Below, one piece after another: positions 39,713-53,453 of a stretch of DNA of 64,000 nucleotides. Source of the stretch: the human T2T-CHM13v2.0 reference genome, Homo sapiens; NCBI RefSeq assembly GCF_009914755.1, contig NC_060926.1; one strand, written 5' to 3'. Within the stretch, counting starts at the first letter, position 1, and each line of letters begins with the position of its first letter. The notes beneath the pieces were generated by a model. The model saw only the letters and a list, made by a program, of their open reading frames with translations, was not told the origin of the DNA and did not search any database. The translations under genes and the position numbers were made by a program.

Positions 39713-41615
39713 AAGTGTACAAGTCAGAACTCTTAAGTATATTCACAGTGTTGTGCAATTGAGCTCTATAACCTTTTCATCCTGTAACACTGAAACTCTT
39801 TATCCACTAAACTGCAGGTCCCCTCCTACCTCCCCCAGTCCTTAGCAACCAACTTTCTATTTTCTGTTTCTATGATTTTGACTAATTAAGGTATTTCATA
39901 TGTGTGGAATTATACAGAATTTGTCATTTTGTGACTGGCTTATTTTGCTTAGTGTAATGACCTCGAGGTTCTTCCATGTTGTAGTATGTAACAGAATTTC
40001 CTTTTTTAAGGCTGCATATTTCATTGTGTATATATACCACTTTTTCTATATTCGTTTATCTGTCCATGGACATTTCAGTTGTTTCCACCTTGTGTCTATT
40101 ATGAATAATTCTGTGATGAACATGGATGTGCAAATATCTCTTCCAGGTCCTTCTCTGAATACTTTTAAATGTACGTACAGAAGTGAGATTGCTGGATTAC
40201 ATGGTAATTCTATTTTTAATTCTTTCGAGGAACCCTCACACTGTTTTCCACAATGGCTATATCATTTTACAATCTCAGCAACAGAGCATAAGGCTCCCAA
40301 TATCTCCACTTTCTTGCCAACACTTGTTATTTTGTGTTCAACAGTGTCCAGCCTAATGACTGTGAGGCTATATCTCATTGCGGTTTTGATTTGTATTTCT
40401 TCTATTAGTAGTGATGTCAAACGCATTTTCATATGTTTCTTGGCCATTTGTATATCTCGTTTGAAGAATTGTCTATTCAAGTCCTTTGTACATTTAAAAA
40501 TTATGTTTGTTTTTCTTCTTGTTGCTTTGAAAAAGTTCACTATATATTCTATAAATGTTGACTTGTAACAATTTTTATATGTATATTAACCGCTTATTAG
40601 ATAAACAATTTGCAAGTATTTTCTCCCCTTCTGTAGGTTGCCTTTTCACTCTGTTGACTGTTTTTTTTTGATGCATGGAAGTTTTTCTGTTTGATGTAGT
40701 CCTGTTTTTCTGTTTTTTCTTTTGTTGCATGTACTTTGGGTGTCATATTCAAGAAATTATTGCCAAATTCAAATGTCCTGATTCTTTCCCCCTAGGTTTT
40801 CTTCTAGGAGTTTTATAGTTTTTGGTCTTACCTTCAGGTCTTTAATCCATTTTGAGTTAATTTTTGTATATGGTATAAGGTAGAGGTCCAGCTTTATTCT
40901 TTTGCTTGTGGATATCTGGTTTTCCCAACACCTCTCACAACATTTTGAAGAGAGTGGTGTTTCCCCTTTGTGCAGCTTTGGCGTCCTTGTTGAAAATCAT
41001 TTGGCCGTCTACGCAAGAGTTTATTTCTGGGCTCCCTATTCTGTTCCATTATTATATATATCTATGTCAGTACCAACTGTTTTGATTGCTGTTGCTTGCA
41101 GTGTGTTTTGAAATAAAAAAGTGTGAAGCTTCCAACTTCATTCTTCTTTCTTAGTTGTTTTGGCTATTTGAGATCCCATCAAAATTTGTATGAATTTTAG
41201 ATTTTTTTTCTATTTTTGCAAAAATGCCATTGGGTTTGATGAGGATATATTGAATCTATAGATCATTTTAGGTAGTATGGACATTTAAAAAGTACTGTCT
41301 TCCAATTGGAGAGCATGGGATATCTTTCCATTTACTTCTGTCTTCTTTGATTTCTTTTAGCAATGTTTTGTGATGTTCAGTGTACAAGTTTTTCACTTCT
41401 CAGGTCAAATTTATTCCTAAGATTTGTATTCTTGATGCTATAATAAATAAAATTGTTTTCCTAATTTCCTTTTTCAATTGATTACTGTTTGTGTATGGAA
41501 ATGCAACTGATTTTTATGGATTTATTTTCTATCCTGAGATTTTGATGAAATTATTTATTAGTTGTGACAGTTTGTGTATGTGTGTATATGTGTAATCTTT
41601 GGGGGTTTCTAAATG

Positions 41616-41801
41616 CAGTTAGCCCTCTGTATTGTGGGTTTTGCATACATGAATTCAACCAAACACAGATTGAACCCTGTGGATACGAAGGGCCAACTGT
41701 ACGATGCTATTTTACATAAGCTGCTTACATAAGCACCTATGGATTTTGGTATCCATGGGGGATCCTAAAACCAATTCCTCATGGATACAGAGAGTCAACT
41801 G
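41616..41801 (-). mobile_element. MER8-like Tigger MITE
   Basis: CAGTTAGCCCTCTGTAT...GGATTTTGGTATCCATGGGGG...GGATACAGAGAGTCAACTG then TA. Confidence 0.8.
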
Positions 41802-42540
41802 TATAAGATCATGTTATCTGAAAACAGGGATAATTTTACTTCTTTCCTAATTTGAATGCCTTTTATTTATTTTTCTTGCCTAATTGCTCTAGCTAAAACT
41901 TCTAGTACTATGTTGAATAGAAGTGATGAGAAATGGGCATCCTTTTCTTGTTCCTGATGTCAGACGAAAAGTTTTCAGTTTTTCACCATTGAGTATGATT
42001 TTAGCTGTGGGCTTTCCATACACATCTTTTATTGTGTTGAGGTAGTTTCCTTTTATTCCTAGTTTGGTGAGTGTTTTTATCGGGAAAGCTTGTTGAATTT
42101 TGCCAAATGCTTTTTCTGCATCAGTCGAGATGATTATCTATTTTTTGTCCTTCATTTTGTTAATGTGATGTGTTAATTCATTTTACTGTGTTGAACCATC
42201 TTTGTATTTTAGGTGTAAATTTCACTTGATTTTGGTGTATCATCCTTTTAATATGCTGTTTATGCAGCATATTAAAAGTATTTTGTTGAGAATTTTTATA
42301 TCAGTATTTTAATAGTTCGTTGAGAATTTTTGTATCAATATACATCAGGGATATTGGTCTGTAATTTTCTTTTCATATACTGTCTTTGTCTGGTCTTGGT
42401 ATCAGAGTAATAATGCTGGCTTCCTAGAATAAGTTTGGAAGTGTTTCCTCCTCTTCAATTCTTTGGAAGAGTTTGATGAGGATTGATGTTAATTCTTCTT
42501 TAAATGTGTGGTGGAATTTTTTAGTAAAGCCATCTTGGCC

Positions 42541-42572
<32 letters not shown>

Positions 42573-43802
42573 TTGGTTAGGAGGCTTTTAATTACATTTT
42601 CCATCTCCATAGTTGTTATAAATCTGTTCAGTTTTTTTATATTTCTTCATGACTCAGTTTTGGTAGGTTATAAGTTTATAGTACTCTCTTATAATCTTGT
42701 TTATTTCTGGGACATCAGTTGTAATGTTCCTTCTTTCATTTCTAATTTTAGTTATTTGATTATTCTCTCTTTTTTTCTTAGTCTAGCTAAGGGTTTGTCA
42801 ATTTTTTTTTATCTGAGAATATTTTTGACTGTCTATTCCACATGGCAAAGGAGAACATTCTACAGGAGTGGGAATAGTTGAAACTATATATAGATTTGAC
42901 ACCCATATATGTAAGTACTAAATGATTGCTACTGCATGAATTTCTAAGATAGTCTTAAGACTGTGGTAGCATAGAATTTCTGAAAAATTTTTGAGAGAGA
43001 ATACAATTGTTTAAAGCAATTGCCAATGTTTTTAATGGAGAAGAATATATGTACATATAGTTTATAAAAGACCAGTTAAATTCTGTGTTCCTATTGGGAT
43101 ATATTTTATAGATTAATGACATACTGGTAGTATATTCCTCTGATAGGAATTTTCAGTGAGAGGCATTCACATCTTTGCATTTTGAAGTTTATATAAGAAT
43201 TCATTTTCATCATTCTTTCTCTCTCAGTGAAATTCTATTAGAAAATCATTATTTTTCTATGCAATGTCTCTCTTGGTTATATTTGCATTAGGCAATTACC
43301 TGTTTGAATTTCGTTATTCTTACTGTTTAGAATTTTCATTAAAATTAGAAATATTTCTGCTTAAAGAACAGTAGTTATTTTCTGAGGATAGAGGCTTAAA
43401 TTTTTTATACAAATTCTCAAATGCCTGTAGAACAAATAGTGACCTAGGCAATTGGGATGTTTTTGTGTGAGTAAGAATATCTGCTGCATTTCTGGATGGA
43501 TTGCCTTGTAGGGATCATGGTGGCCATAGCTTGTCTTGTGAATAAAGGTTTTTCTAGAATATATTAAACACTTTGTCTCATAGTGGAAAAGGAAAAATCC
43601 TGGACTTGGAAAAAGAAGGCCCTTCCAACTATGGACTGTCCAGGTAAAATCCTTTATAATTCTATCTAGTTTTTCACTAAATCATTATACTTGTAATATT
43701 ATGGTATTATCAACATTTTAAATATAATGGTTAAGGTTAATATTGAAATACAAACTTATTGCACAAATTTTTTTCTCATGATCCTTTCTTTAAAAATATA
43801 AC

Positions 43803-44069
43803 CTCAATCTATCAACATTATAGTAACCTATTATAACTATCACAGTTAAAAAGAGAGATTTTTAATTACTCATCCAGAGTACAGCCCCTTGGGTTACCCA
43901 CTTTCTCTCCCTTCTTTAAGAAAATGTTATCTTTTTAATCTCAATCTATCAACATTCTACTAACCTACTATAACTATCAAAGTTAAGAGAGATTTTTAAT
44001 TACTCATCAAGAGTACAGCCTTTCGGGTTACCCACTTCCTCTCCTTTCTTTAAGAAAATGTTATCTTTT
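43803..44069. repeat. Tandem duplication, period about 137 bp
   Basis: CTCAATCTATCAACATT...CTTTAAGAAAATGTTATCTTTT at 43803-43935 and 43940-44069, roughly 90% identical by eye. Confidence 0.95.
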
Positions 44070-44461
44070 GCTTAAAACTTTAAAAGTTAAGAATGTAGTT
44101 TCTACCACTAACCCAGAAGTTTTTAAATTAGTTTTTCTACAATGGACTGAAGATACCCTAGGGAAGCTAAACATTCCCATTATTCAGTCAATATGGTAGA
44201 ATGTGCCAGGGAAGCAGGTGCCTCAGTCATTTTATCTCTCCTAGAGTCTGGGAAACTCACTCAACTGTGTAGCCAAACTGGAATGAAGGCATGCTGTACT
44301 GATCTCTGAAAACTGGAGAAAACCAGTTAAGAAAGATCACCCTCCAGGTTCTCCCCACTGTCACTCCATTCTGTTTGATTTCTTGGGCTATGATTAAGAC
44401 AGAGTTAGGAACTACCCACTATGAAGAGAAGCCATCCTTGGAACAATTTTCTGTGAGTATA

Positions 44462-45166
<705 letters not shown>

Positions 45167-45699
45167 GTATGTGTCCATACATGTACTTTTGTACGTAGAC
45201 GAATGCCTTGGGAGGGTGAATCTTAAATTGTGGATGCTGGAAAGTGCCATTTTGGAGAGTTGTAAGCAACTTCTCCCAACTATAATAGAAACTTTGTGTT
45301 TATGGAAAACTTCTTTTCTATGAGTTGGGCCAATTTCCTACATCTAAATACTAGATATATTCTCAGGTAAGCCTAGAGAGCTGGTCCAAACACTGATGCT
45401 TGAATTTGAAATGTTAAATCCTCTTTTTAGTAATATCAATTCAGATTATTTTTAGCAGAACTGGAGTGCAGGCTACACGTTGTGGATAGGGTGAGGATTT
45501 TCTCCAAATAATTGGACATCGTCACCAAACAGGCCTCGATCTAGGTGAAAGAAAGAGCTTATTTTTTTTTTATTATTATTTTTTCCTCAGGATTAAAGGG
45601 GAAGAATTTGGGCTCAAGGTAGGGGTACACTTGGAGATTCTCATTTGTGGAAGCCATTCTGACCCCACATCTCCACCAGGATGAAATCTGAAATAGCTT

Positions 45700-46230
45700 T
45701 TTTAGTCATTCCAAGAATATGTGCCAGACAATGTGCTAGGTATAGGTGAAATGTTGAAGAATAAGAAGGAGAAGGAAGAGGAGGAAGAAGAGAAAGAGGT
45801 GGACACAGCTCCTCTTTATTAATCAAGTCACATAATTAAAATGTAAATTTCCAACTGTAATCAAGTGTTACCACATGACACCATGTGAATTTGGATAATT
45901 CGCCAAGTTAGGTAGCCTGAAGAATCCTTTTCTGAAAAAATGACAATTAAGCTGAGAACTAACACAGGAGAAAGAATTAGCTAGATGAAGCAGTGGGACA
46001 AGAACACTGTTGGAAGAGAGAATTAGACAGTAAGTACAAAAGCCCTGTGGTAGGAGGGAGCATAAAGAATATAAAAGATTGAGAGATGACTCATGTGGTT
46101 GGCATGGAGAGAGAGGATGGTATGTGTTCAGGCTTGTGAGGCATATGGGAGCCATACCTGGCAAGTCTTTATAAGTTTATAGGCTTCTTAAGGAATTTTA
46201 TCTTTACCATTAGAGTAATTACAAGCTATA
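45700..46230 (-). mobile_element. L2 fragment, continuing at about 47535-47810
   Basis: ATGTGCCAGACAATGTGCTAGG, TGACAATTAAGCTGAGA, CAAAAGCCCTGTGGTAGGAGGGAGC. Confidence 0.7.
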
Positions 46231-46231
46231 G

Positions 46232-47532
46232 CTTCTTTCTGTTTGATTGTTTTTTAACTTTAAGTTCTGGGATACATGTGCAGAACGTACAGGTTTGTTA
46301 CATAGGTATATGTGTGCCATGGTGGTTTGCTGCACCTATTGACCCATCATTTAGATTATCTCCCCGTGCCCCCCACCTCCCAACAGGCCCTGGTGTGGAT
46401 TGTTCCCCTCCCTGTATCCGTGTGTTCTAATTGTTCAACTCCCACTTATGAGTGAGAACATGTGGTGTTTGGTTTTCTGTTTCTGTGTTAGTTTGCTAAG
46501 TATGATGGCTTCCAGCTTCATCCATGTTCCTGCAAAGGACATGAACTCGTTCCTTTTTATGGAAGCATAGTATTACATGGTGTATATGTATCACATTTTC
46601 TTTATCCAGTCTATCATTGATGGGCATTTGGGTTGGTTCCATGTCTTTGCTATTGTAAATAGGCTGCAATAAACATACGTGTGCATGTGTCTTTATATTA
46701 GAATGATTTATATTCCTTTGGGTATATACCCCATAATGGGATTGCTGGGTCAAATGGTATTTCTGGTTCTAGATCCTTGAGGAATTTCCACACTGTCTTC
46801 CACAGTGGTTGAACTAATTTACATTCCCACCAACAGTGTAAAAGCATTCCTATTTCTCCACAGCCTTGCCAGCATCTATTGTTTCTTGACTTTTTGATAA
46901 TCGTCATTCTGACTGGTGTGAAAAAGTATCTCATTGTGGTTTTGATTTGCATTTCTCTAATGATTAGTGATGTTGAGTTTTTTTTTCATATGTTTGTTGG
47001 CTGCATATATGTCTTCTTTTGAGAAGTATCTATTCCTATCCTTTGCCCACTTTTTGATAGGGTTGTTTGTTTTTTCCTTGTAAATTTGTATAAGTTCCTT
47101 ATAGATTCTGGATGTTAGACCTTTGTCAGATGGGTAGATTTCAAAAATTTTCCTCCCATTTTGTAAGTTGCCTGTTCACTCTGATGATAGTTTCTTTCGC
47201 TGTGCAGAAGCTCTGTAGTTTAATAAGATCCCATTTGTCAATTTTGGCTTTTGTTGCAATTGCTTTTGGCATTTTCACTATGAGATCTTTGCCCATGCCT
47301 ATGTTCTGAATGGTATTGCCTAGGTTTTCTTCTAGGGTTTTTATGGTTTTGGGTTTTACATTTAAGTCTTTAATCCATCTTGAGTCAATTTTTGTATAAG
47401 GTGTAAGGAAGGAATCCAGTTTCAGTTTTCTGCATATAGCTAGCCAGTTTTCCTAGCACCATTTATTGAATAGGAAATCTTTTCCCCATTGCTTGTTTTT
47501 GTCAGGTTTGTTGAAGATCAGATGGTGTAGAT
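46232..47532 (-). mobile_element. 5'-truncated L1PA (mid-age, approximately PA10-13)
   Basis: TTTTAAGTTCTGGGATACATGTGCAGAACGTACAGG 3' end; ORF2 C-terminal peptide 46698-46952; GCTATAG/GCCATAG flanks. Confidence 0.9.
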
Positions 47533-49874
47533 TTGCCATAGTTTTAAGAAGGGGTAGAGGGATGGGATTATCAGGTTTGAGTTTCAAAAGATTATTCTTT
47601 TCAGATTTTTATAGAATTTTGCATTTGGATTTAATTGCATTGGGAGAGTGGAGGAGCCTGTAATTCAGTCATACTGAGGCACAGATCCACCTTTAACACT
47701 CCATACCAGTAGTGGATTTGAGGAGGAAGTAAAAGTTCCTTGGAGAGTCCTAGATTTTCCTGAATGGAGAACCTGATGGAAGCATGGACTTCTGCAGAAT
47801 GGGGGATCACATATGTTATCAACTGGCTGTTTAAAACAATGTAGCTTTATTTAGCACTCACAGGCCAGTCAGATCTGGAAAAATATGTTTACTATATATA
47901 ACCAAATTGATATTATACTGGATGGTTGTTAATAAAACAATAAGAAAATTATTTCCTTTTACATATTAATATAGAGAACATTTCATTTTTATTACATATT
48001 TTTCTATAGCAGTTGCTTTGTGCAATAGCATTGCATGGATTTACTGTAATTTCTTTAATCAGTTGCTTGTTTGTGGATATTTGTATTATTTCTAAATTTT
48101 TAATCATTGTAAACAATGTTGTGAGATACAGTTATATCTATACACACATGCTGGATAGGTCCTTGAAACTGATAATTCTGGTTGTGAAGGACAGGAATGC
48201 CTGGGAGCATGTATATTTAAAAAGCTATTCTGTATAATGGCAAATGCTAACCATGTTTTTCTTACTAAAATGATCTCTCACCTCCAGGGTAACAGGGTTT
48301 GCCAACAGCAAACAGCAGTATTATATTCATTTCTGCCAATAATTTGATAAGTAAAATTTTGGATCTCATTTTAATGAGCATATCTTGAAATTTGAAAAAA
48401 AAATAAATCTGGAAGAAATCCTGGAGATACCTAATTTAACCAATTCATTTTACAAAGCCCATGGCACAGTTAGTGAGCTGCAGAACAGGGATCATGATCC
48501 AGTTCTCCTGGATATTATCCCACGACTCTTTCCATGGAAACAAACTTAGTAGGGGGTCCCTGCTGCAGTTCTCCAGCTGGAAGCATCAGAGCACAAGACT
48601 GTGGGAAGAGAGTACAGTTTTGTCCATTGAAAAACAATTAAGTTATTGATTGTAGCCTACAGAAGCAGTTAGTGAACCCAGCTTCCTGGAGATGCTTCTG
48701 CCCAGGAAGAAGGTCATGAAGAAGATATTACCCACAGAAGGACCTGGTTATCCTAGTACCAGAAGCTTCTCAGGAGAGGAGCTAAGAAACACTTACTTGG
48801 AGACCATCAAGCTTCCTGCTGTCCCAGCTTGAATCTTACTGGGGTCATCCCTTCTAGTTGGTAGACCTGAAGATGGGGATAGAAGGTATTTAACTGTCTG
48901 CTGGGTAGAGAGAATAACAATGGCGTATCAGTTTATTGGGCAGGCTGGAGTCCTATAAAATGTGGGAAGAAGCTTGAGGTGTATATAGCCAAAGATTCCA
49001 AATTATAATCTGACCCGAATTTTATTTTGTGAGGAATGCTGTGGGGGAAAAAGGCTATGTCTTCAGTTTCCTCTTGCCTGACTGTTTTGCGCATTGTTAT
49101 ATTTTGCAGGTTCAGTATCTTAAAGACTTTTTTTACATACCATGCCCCATTTGCCTTACATTATATATAATATTACATTATATTTAAATTAATGTATTAC
49201 TGTAATATATTAATGTGTATATATGCACACACACGTATATGTATGTATGTATGTATATATCGCCCCCTTGGCCTTGACTTTCTCAGTGTATTCCGTCGGG
49301 ACTTAAAACTACACACTTTTATCTCTTTTTTCTTGAGGGCTTTCTAAGTCCGAAACCAACTTTCTTTTCTATATAACATTTCAGCACAATTAACAGATGA
49401 TGTTAATCTAAAACCAGGTGAGAAGAATCAAAACCAATAGGAGTGAGTCAGAGAAATCATGAGGACATTTTTTCTGCCTGCAGAATAAAGCCGGGTGCTG
49501 GGGCTTGGCATCAGAGACTGTTGTCTGTCCCCAGCCTTTGTTTCCAGGCTCATTTACCCACTCCTCACTTCACAGAACCTTTGGTCTGGTTAGATCGATC
49601 TGCCATTGTCTTAGAATGCCTGGTTGTTCCTGCCTCTGGGACTTTGCCATTTTCCTTCAATGGAGTGCTGCTTTCCCACACTTATTAACCTACTTGAAAT
49701 CTTTCCATTATATCAACTTTATTAACCACTGCCTGCACTTCTCTCTACTTCTTTTGAAACCACTCATTTACTATTCATACTATACTGAACTTCTGATACT
49801 TGTCTTTCAATGAACACATATTTTGCCTATAACTATAATTGTAAGCTACTTTGGTAAAGGATCGAGGTGCTGTG

Positions 49875-50370
49875 CTTCTGGAGGCTTTGTAAAGTGTCCA
49901 CTTGACTCAGCCAAACTACATTTCCCATAATTCCCTCTCCTGCATGTTTCCAGTTAGTGGGCCACAGGAGAGAGACTTGTGTGAGATTTGGAGGGAGGAA
50001 GGAAGGCAGCAGCTGTTTTGTAGCTCATGTATTCTGTGGCTGAATTATTGGTGGACTCATCTTGTTGCTGTGAGGCACTGACTGGGCTGGAACTGTTCTA
50101 GCATGTCCTGCATCCTCCTTCAGGGGTGTGTGTGTGTGTTTAGCTGTGTAATGAAGGGACCTAACTTTTGAAGGACATCCGTATCACTAATGCCAGGGGC
50201 AAGAGGATTGACACAGGTTTCAGTATGCTTTGTACTTGGGAGTTCCAGCTTTATCTTGCTCTTTCCCACCATACACCCACCTTTAAGCTCTAGCATCAGA
50301 TGTGAAGAAAACAGCCTTACAGGGACTGCTCAACTGGCCCCCACAATTGTGTAAGGTCAAGTCACTGTAA
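49875..50370. mobile_element. ERVL solo LTR (LTR41-like)
   Basis: GCTTTGTAAAGTGTCCACTTG...AACTACATTTCCCATAATTCCC...CACAATTGTGTAAGGTCAA. Confidence 0.6.
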
Positions 50371-50745
50371 CATTTCCCATTTAGAGGGAAGATGAGGTAC
50401 ATAATTAGCTTTACACACACACACACACACACACACATCCACCCACCCAAACATGTAAAATGGGTATTTATGTGTTTGTACACAGACCTTCATGAAGCCA
50501 ATCTTCTTTTCTTTACAATATAGCATTTCATTACAATAAGTAATTAATAATGGGAGATTTAGAAATCATTACAGAAGAGGAGGTAAATTATGATAGAAAT
50601 CAAGCAAAAAGAATCAGAACCAATGGAAGTAAAGAGATATATCATGATTTACCCAAACAAACTGAAAGAAACCCTAATAAGCAACAACAGCGTGGGAATA
50701 TAAACAAAAATAAAACAAGATGGGGATACATTAAAAGAAAAACTA

Positions 50746-51788
50746 ATGCTACAGTAACCAAAACGGCATGGTACTGGTACAAAAACAGACACATAGACAG
50801 ATGGAACATGTTACAGAACCCAGAAATAAAGCCTCACACCTACAGCCATCTGAGCTTCAGCAAATTTGACAAAAACAAGCAATGGGAAAAGGGATCCCCA
50901 TTCAATAAATAGTGCTGAGATAGCTGGCTAGCCATATGCAGAAGAATGAAACTGGACCCCTACCTTTCATCATATATATAAATTAACTCAAGATGAACTA
51001 AAGTTTTAAATGTAAGACCTCAAACTATAAGAATCCTACAAGGGAAAGCTAGGAAATATCATTCTCGACATTGGCCTTGGGAAAGAATTTATGGCTAAGT
51101 CTTCAAAAGCAATTGCAACAAAAAAGAAATGGACAAATTGGACCTAATTAGACAAAAGAGCTTCTGCACAGCAAAAGAAATTAGCAGAGTAAACAGACAA
51201 CCTACAGAATGGGAAAAAATATTCACAAACCATGCATCTGACAAAGGTCTAATATTATAATCTATAAGGAACTTAAGCAAAAAGTAAATAACCCCATTAA
51301 AAAGCAGGCAAAAGACATAACAGATGCTTCCAAAAAATCAACCTAGGTTCCCTTTATTCAATCAGTGGTGGATTGAATAAAGAAAATGTAGTACATATAC
51401 ACCATGGAGTACTATTCAGCTATAAAAAAGAATGAAATTATGTCCTTTTTGGCAACATGGATGCAGCTGGAGGCCATTATCCTCGGGAAACTTCCAAGTG
51501 ATTTCACACAGGAACAGAAAGCCAAATACCACATGCTCTCACATAAGTAGAAACTAAACATGGGGTACATATGGACATAAAGATGGGAACAATAGACACT
51601 GAGGACTACTAGAGAGGGGAGAAAAAGAGGGTGGAAAAGACTGAGGAACTACCTATTAGGTACTATGCTCAGTACCGTGGTAATGGGATCATTCATACAT
51701 CAAACATCAGCATCATGCAATACACTCATGTAACAAACCTCTACATGTACCCCCGAATCTAAAATAAAAGTTGAAATTATTTAAAAAA
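50746..51788 (+). mobile_element. 5'-truncated L1PA16/L1PB-like element with an internal deletion near 51335
   Basis: GCTACAGTAACCAAAACGGCATGGTACTGG...CATGTACCCCCGAATCTAAAATAAAAGTTGAAA. Confidence 0.88.
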
Positions 51789-51916
51789 CTTAATAATATA
51801 AAGGAGATAAAAATAAATAGATAAATTAATTTTGTCGTGGGTTCAAACCCTATATGGGCTATCAAATAAATCTAAGGAAAATAAAAAAGAAAAGAAAAAT
51901 TAACATTTGGCAAGGA

Positions 51917-52389
51917 CAGAGTTTCCCAGACTTTCCCAGTTCCTTTAGTGTCTCAGTAATTTTTTCCTGCTTCTAGGCCCAAAGAAAAAATTAACAGTCT
52001 TGCTTCTTAAGTAATTAGGTCCAAATAACATAAGAATTTGTTATTTAACATAACTTAGTGCTTATTGGGCACTGCACATCTTTTCAAATTTTAAATCAAA
52101 TTGGACACCTCTGCCCTACCTCTACAGCTTTCTGTACCATATTGATTTCCACGTGATACTTCCTTTTTATCATAGCCACTGCGGAAAACCCAGCTTGAGA
52201 AAGATATGACATTTTAAAAAAGAATGTAGTTATCTAATGTTGAAACTCTGAACTTCCTCCAGCTAGTAGTTTGCATGATATCTGACAGATGTTGCTATGC
52301 TTCTCTTGAAAATTGAAAATATCTCATGCTGTCCCTGTGAATCTGCTAAGGTACCCTGGGGCCCCTCGGCACATGGACTGGGAACCACA
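51917..52389 (-). mobile_element. hAT-Charlie DNA transposon (Charlie4a-like)
   Basis: Ends CAGAGTTTCCCAGAC and GACTGGGAACCACAG; internal TCTAATGTTGAAACT...GCTAGTAGTT. Confidence 0.65.
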
Positions 52390-52519
52390 GATTTAGGTAT
52401 TTTTATAATAAAAGAATAATGGAAGGAGTTGTTGAGGAAAAAAAGAAGAAGGATTTAACTGAAGGAATATTTTTAAAAGAAGAGAAAATGAGGAACAAAA
52501 CCACAACATACATTTTGAT

Positions 52520-53220
52520 ATTTATTAATTTGTTCAGCAGATATTTATTGAGCACCTGTCTTAGGTCTGACATAGGTGTTATGTTAGGGATAGAGTATAT
52601 AGTGGTGAATGAGGTGGACATGGTCACTGCCCCCAGATAGCTTTCAGTCTAATGTAGGCAACAGGCATTGGAAAAAAGTGAAAAATTATGATAAGAGATG
52701 AACATGGAGCTAAGAAAGCATATAAAAGTGAAATTCCATCTAGTCTAAAGGCCAAGCCAAGGCTCCTTGATGAAGTGTGCTCTGGCCTGAGACACAAGGG
52801 ACAAATAGACTTATCCAGAAGAAACCCTTGGGAGGAAGAGTGTTCTAAGATGAGGTATCAACATCCACAAAGGGCCAGAGTTTAGGAAGAGCCTGGTCTT
52901 AAAGGCACAGAAAGAATTTCAGGATACCTGAAGTATTAAAATCCCAAGGAGATGGACCATGCAGGATGAAGCTGGGGAGACAGACACTATATCCTGAAAG
53001 GTGTTATAAGACAATTGAGAGATGGGATACTTTGACAGGTTTTAGGAAATAAAATGACACTAACAAATTTATGCTCCAAAAGAACTATACTGGCCACAGG
53101 GTGGAGAATTGTTTGTAGAACAAGTCTGACATAGAAGGGTGAGTTAGGGAAGGTGTTGACATAGGTGTTAAATAAAGTGGTGGCCGAGGGTGTTAATGAT
53201 GGTGCCATTGCTCTAAAGCC
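52520..53220 (-). mobile_element. L2 3' portion
   Basis: TTGTTCAGCAGATATTTATTGAGCACCT and downstream L2 text. Confidence 0.75.
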
Positions 53221-53276
53221 GTGAGAGTGTGGTCTTGGGCAGGATCTGCAGCAAAGACAGAAGGATTAGCTTAAGA

Positions 53277-53453
53277 TCATTGTTCTCAAATTTGAGCATG
53301 CATCAGAATCACCTGGAGGGCATTTGAAACTACAGATCATTGTGTCCCACTTCCAGAGTTTCTGAGTTGGAAGGCCTGAGGAGGAGCTGGAGGATTTCAA
53401 TTTCTGACAAGTCCCTTGATGTTGCCAGTTTGGAAACTAGTCTGAGAATCATT
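53277..53453. mobile_element. MER5A MITE
   Basis: GTTCTCAAATTTGAGCATGCATCAGAATCACCTGGAGGG...TTTCTGACAAGTCCC...TGAGAATCATTG. Confidence 0.85.

Noticed and set aside
39900-40568. 222-aa hydrophobic ORF
   Set aside because: Antisense reading of T-rich L1MB ORF2/3'UTR
50550-50912. 120-aa ORF ending in L1 ORF2 sequence
   Set aside because: Chance in-frame join of A-rich flank to a truncated L1; no promoter or splice support
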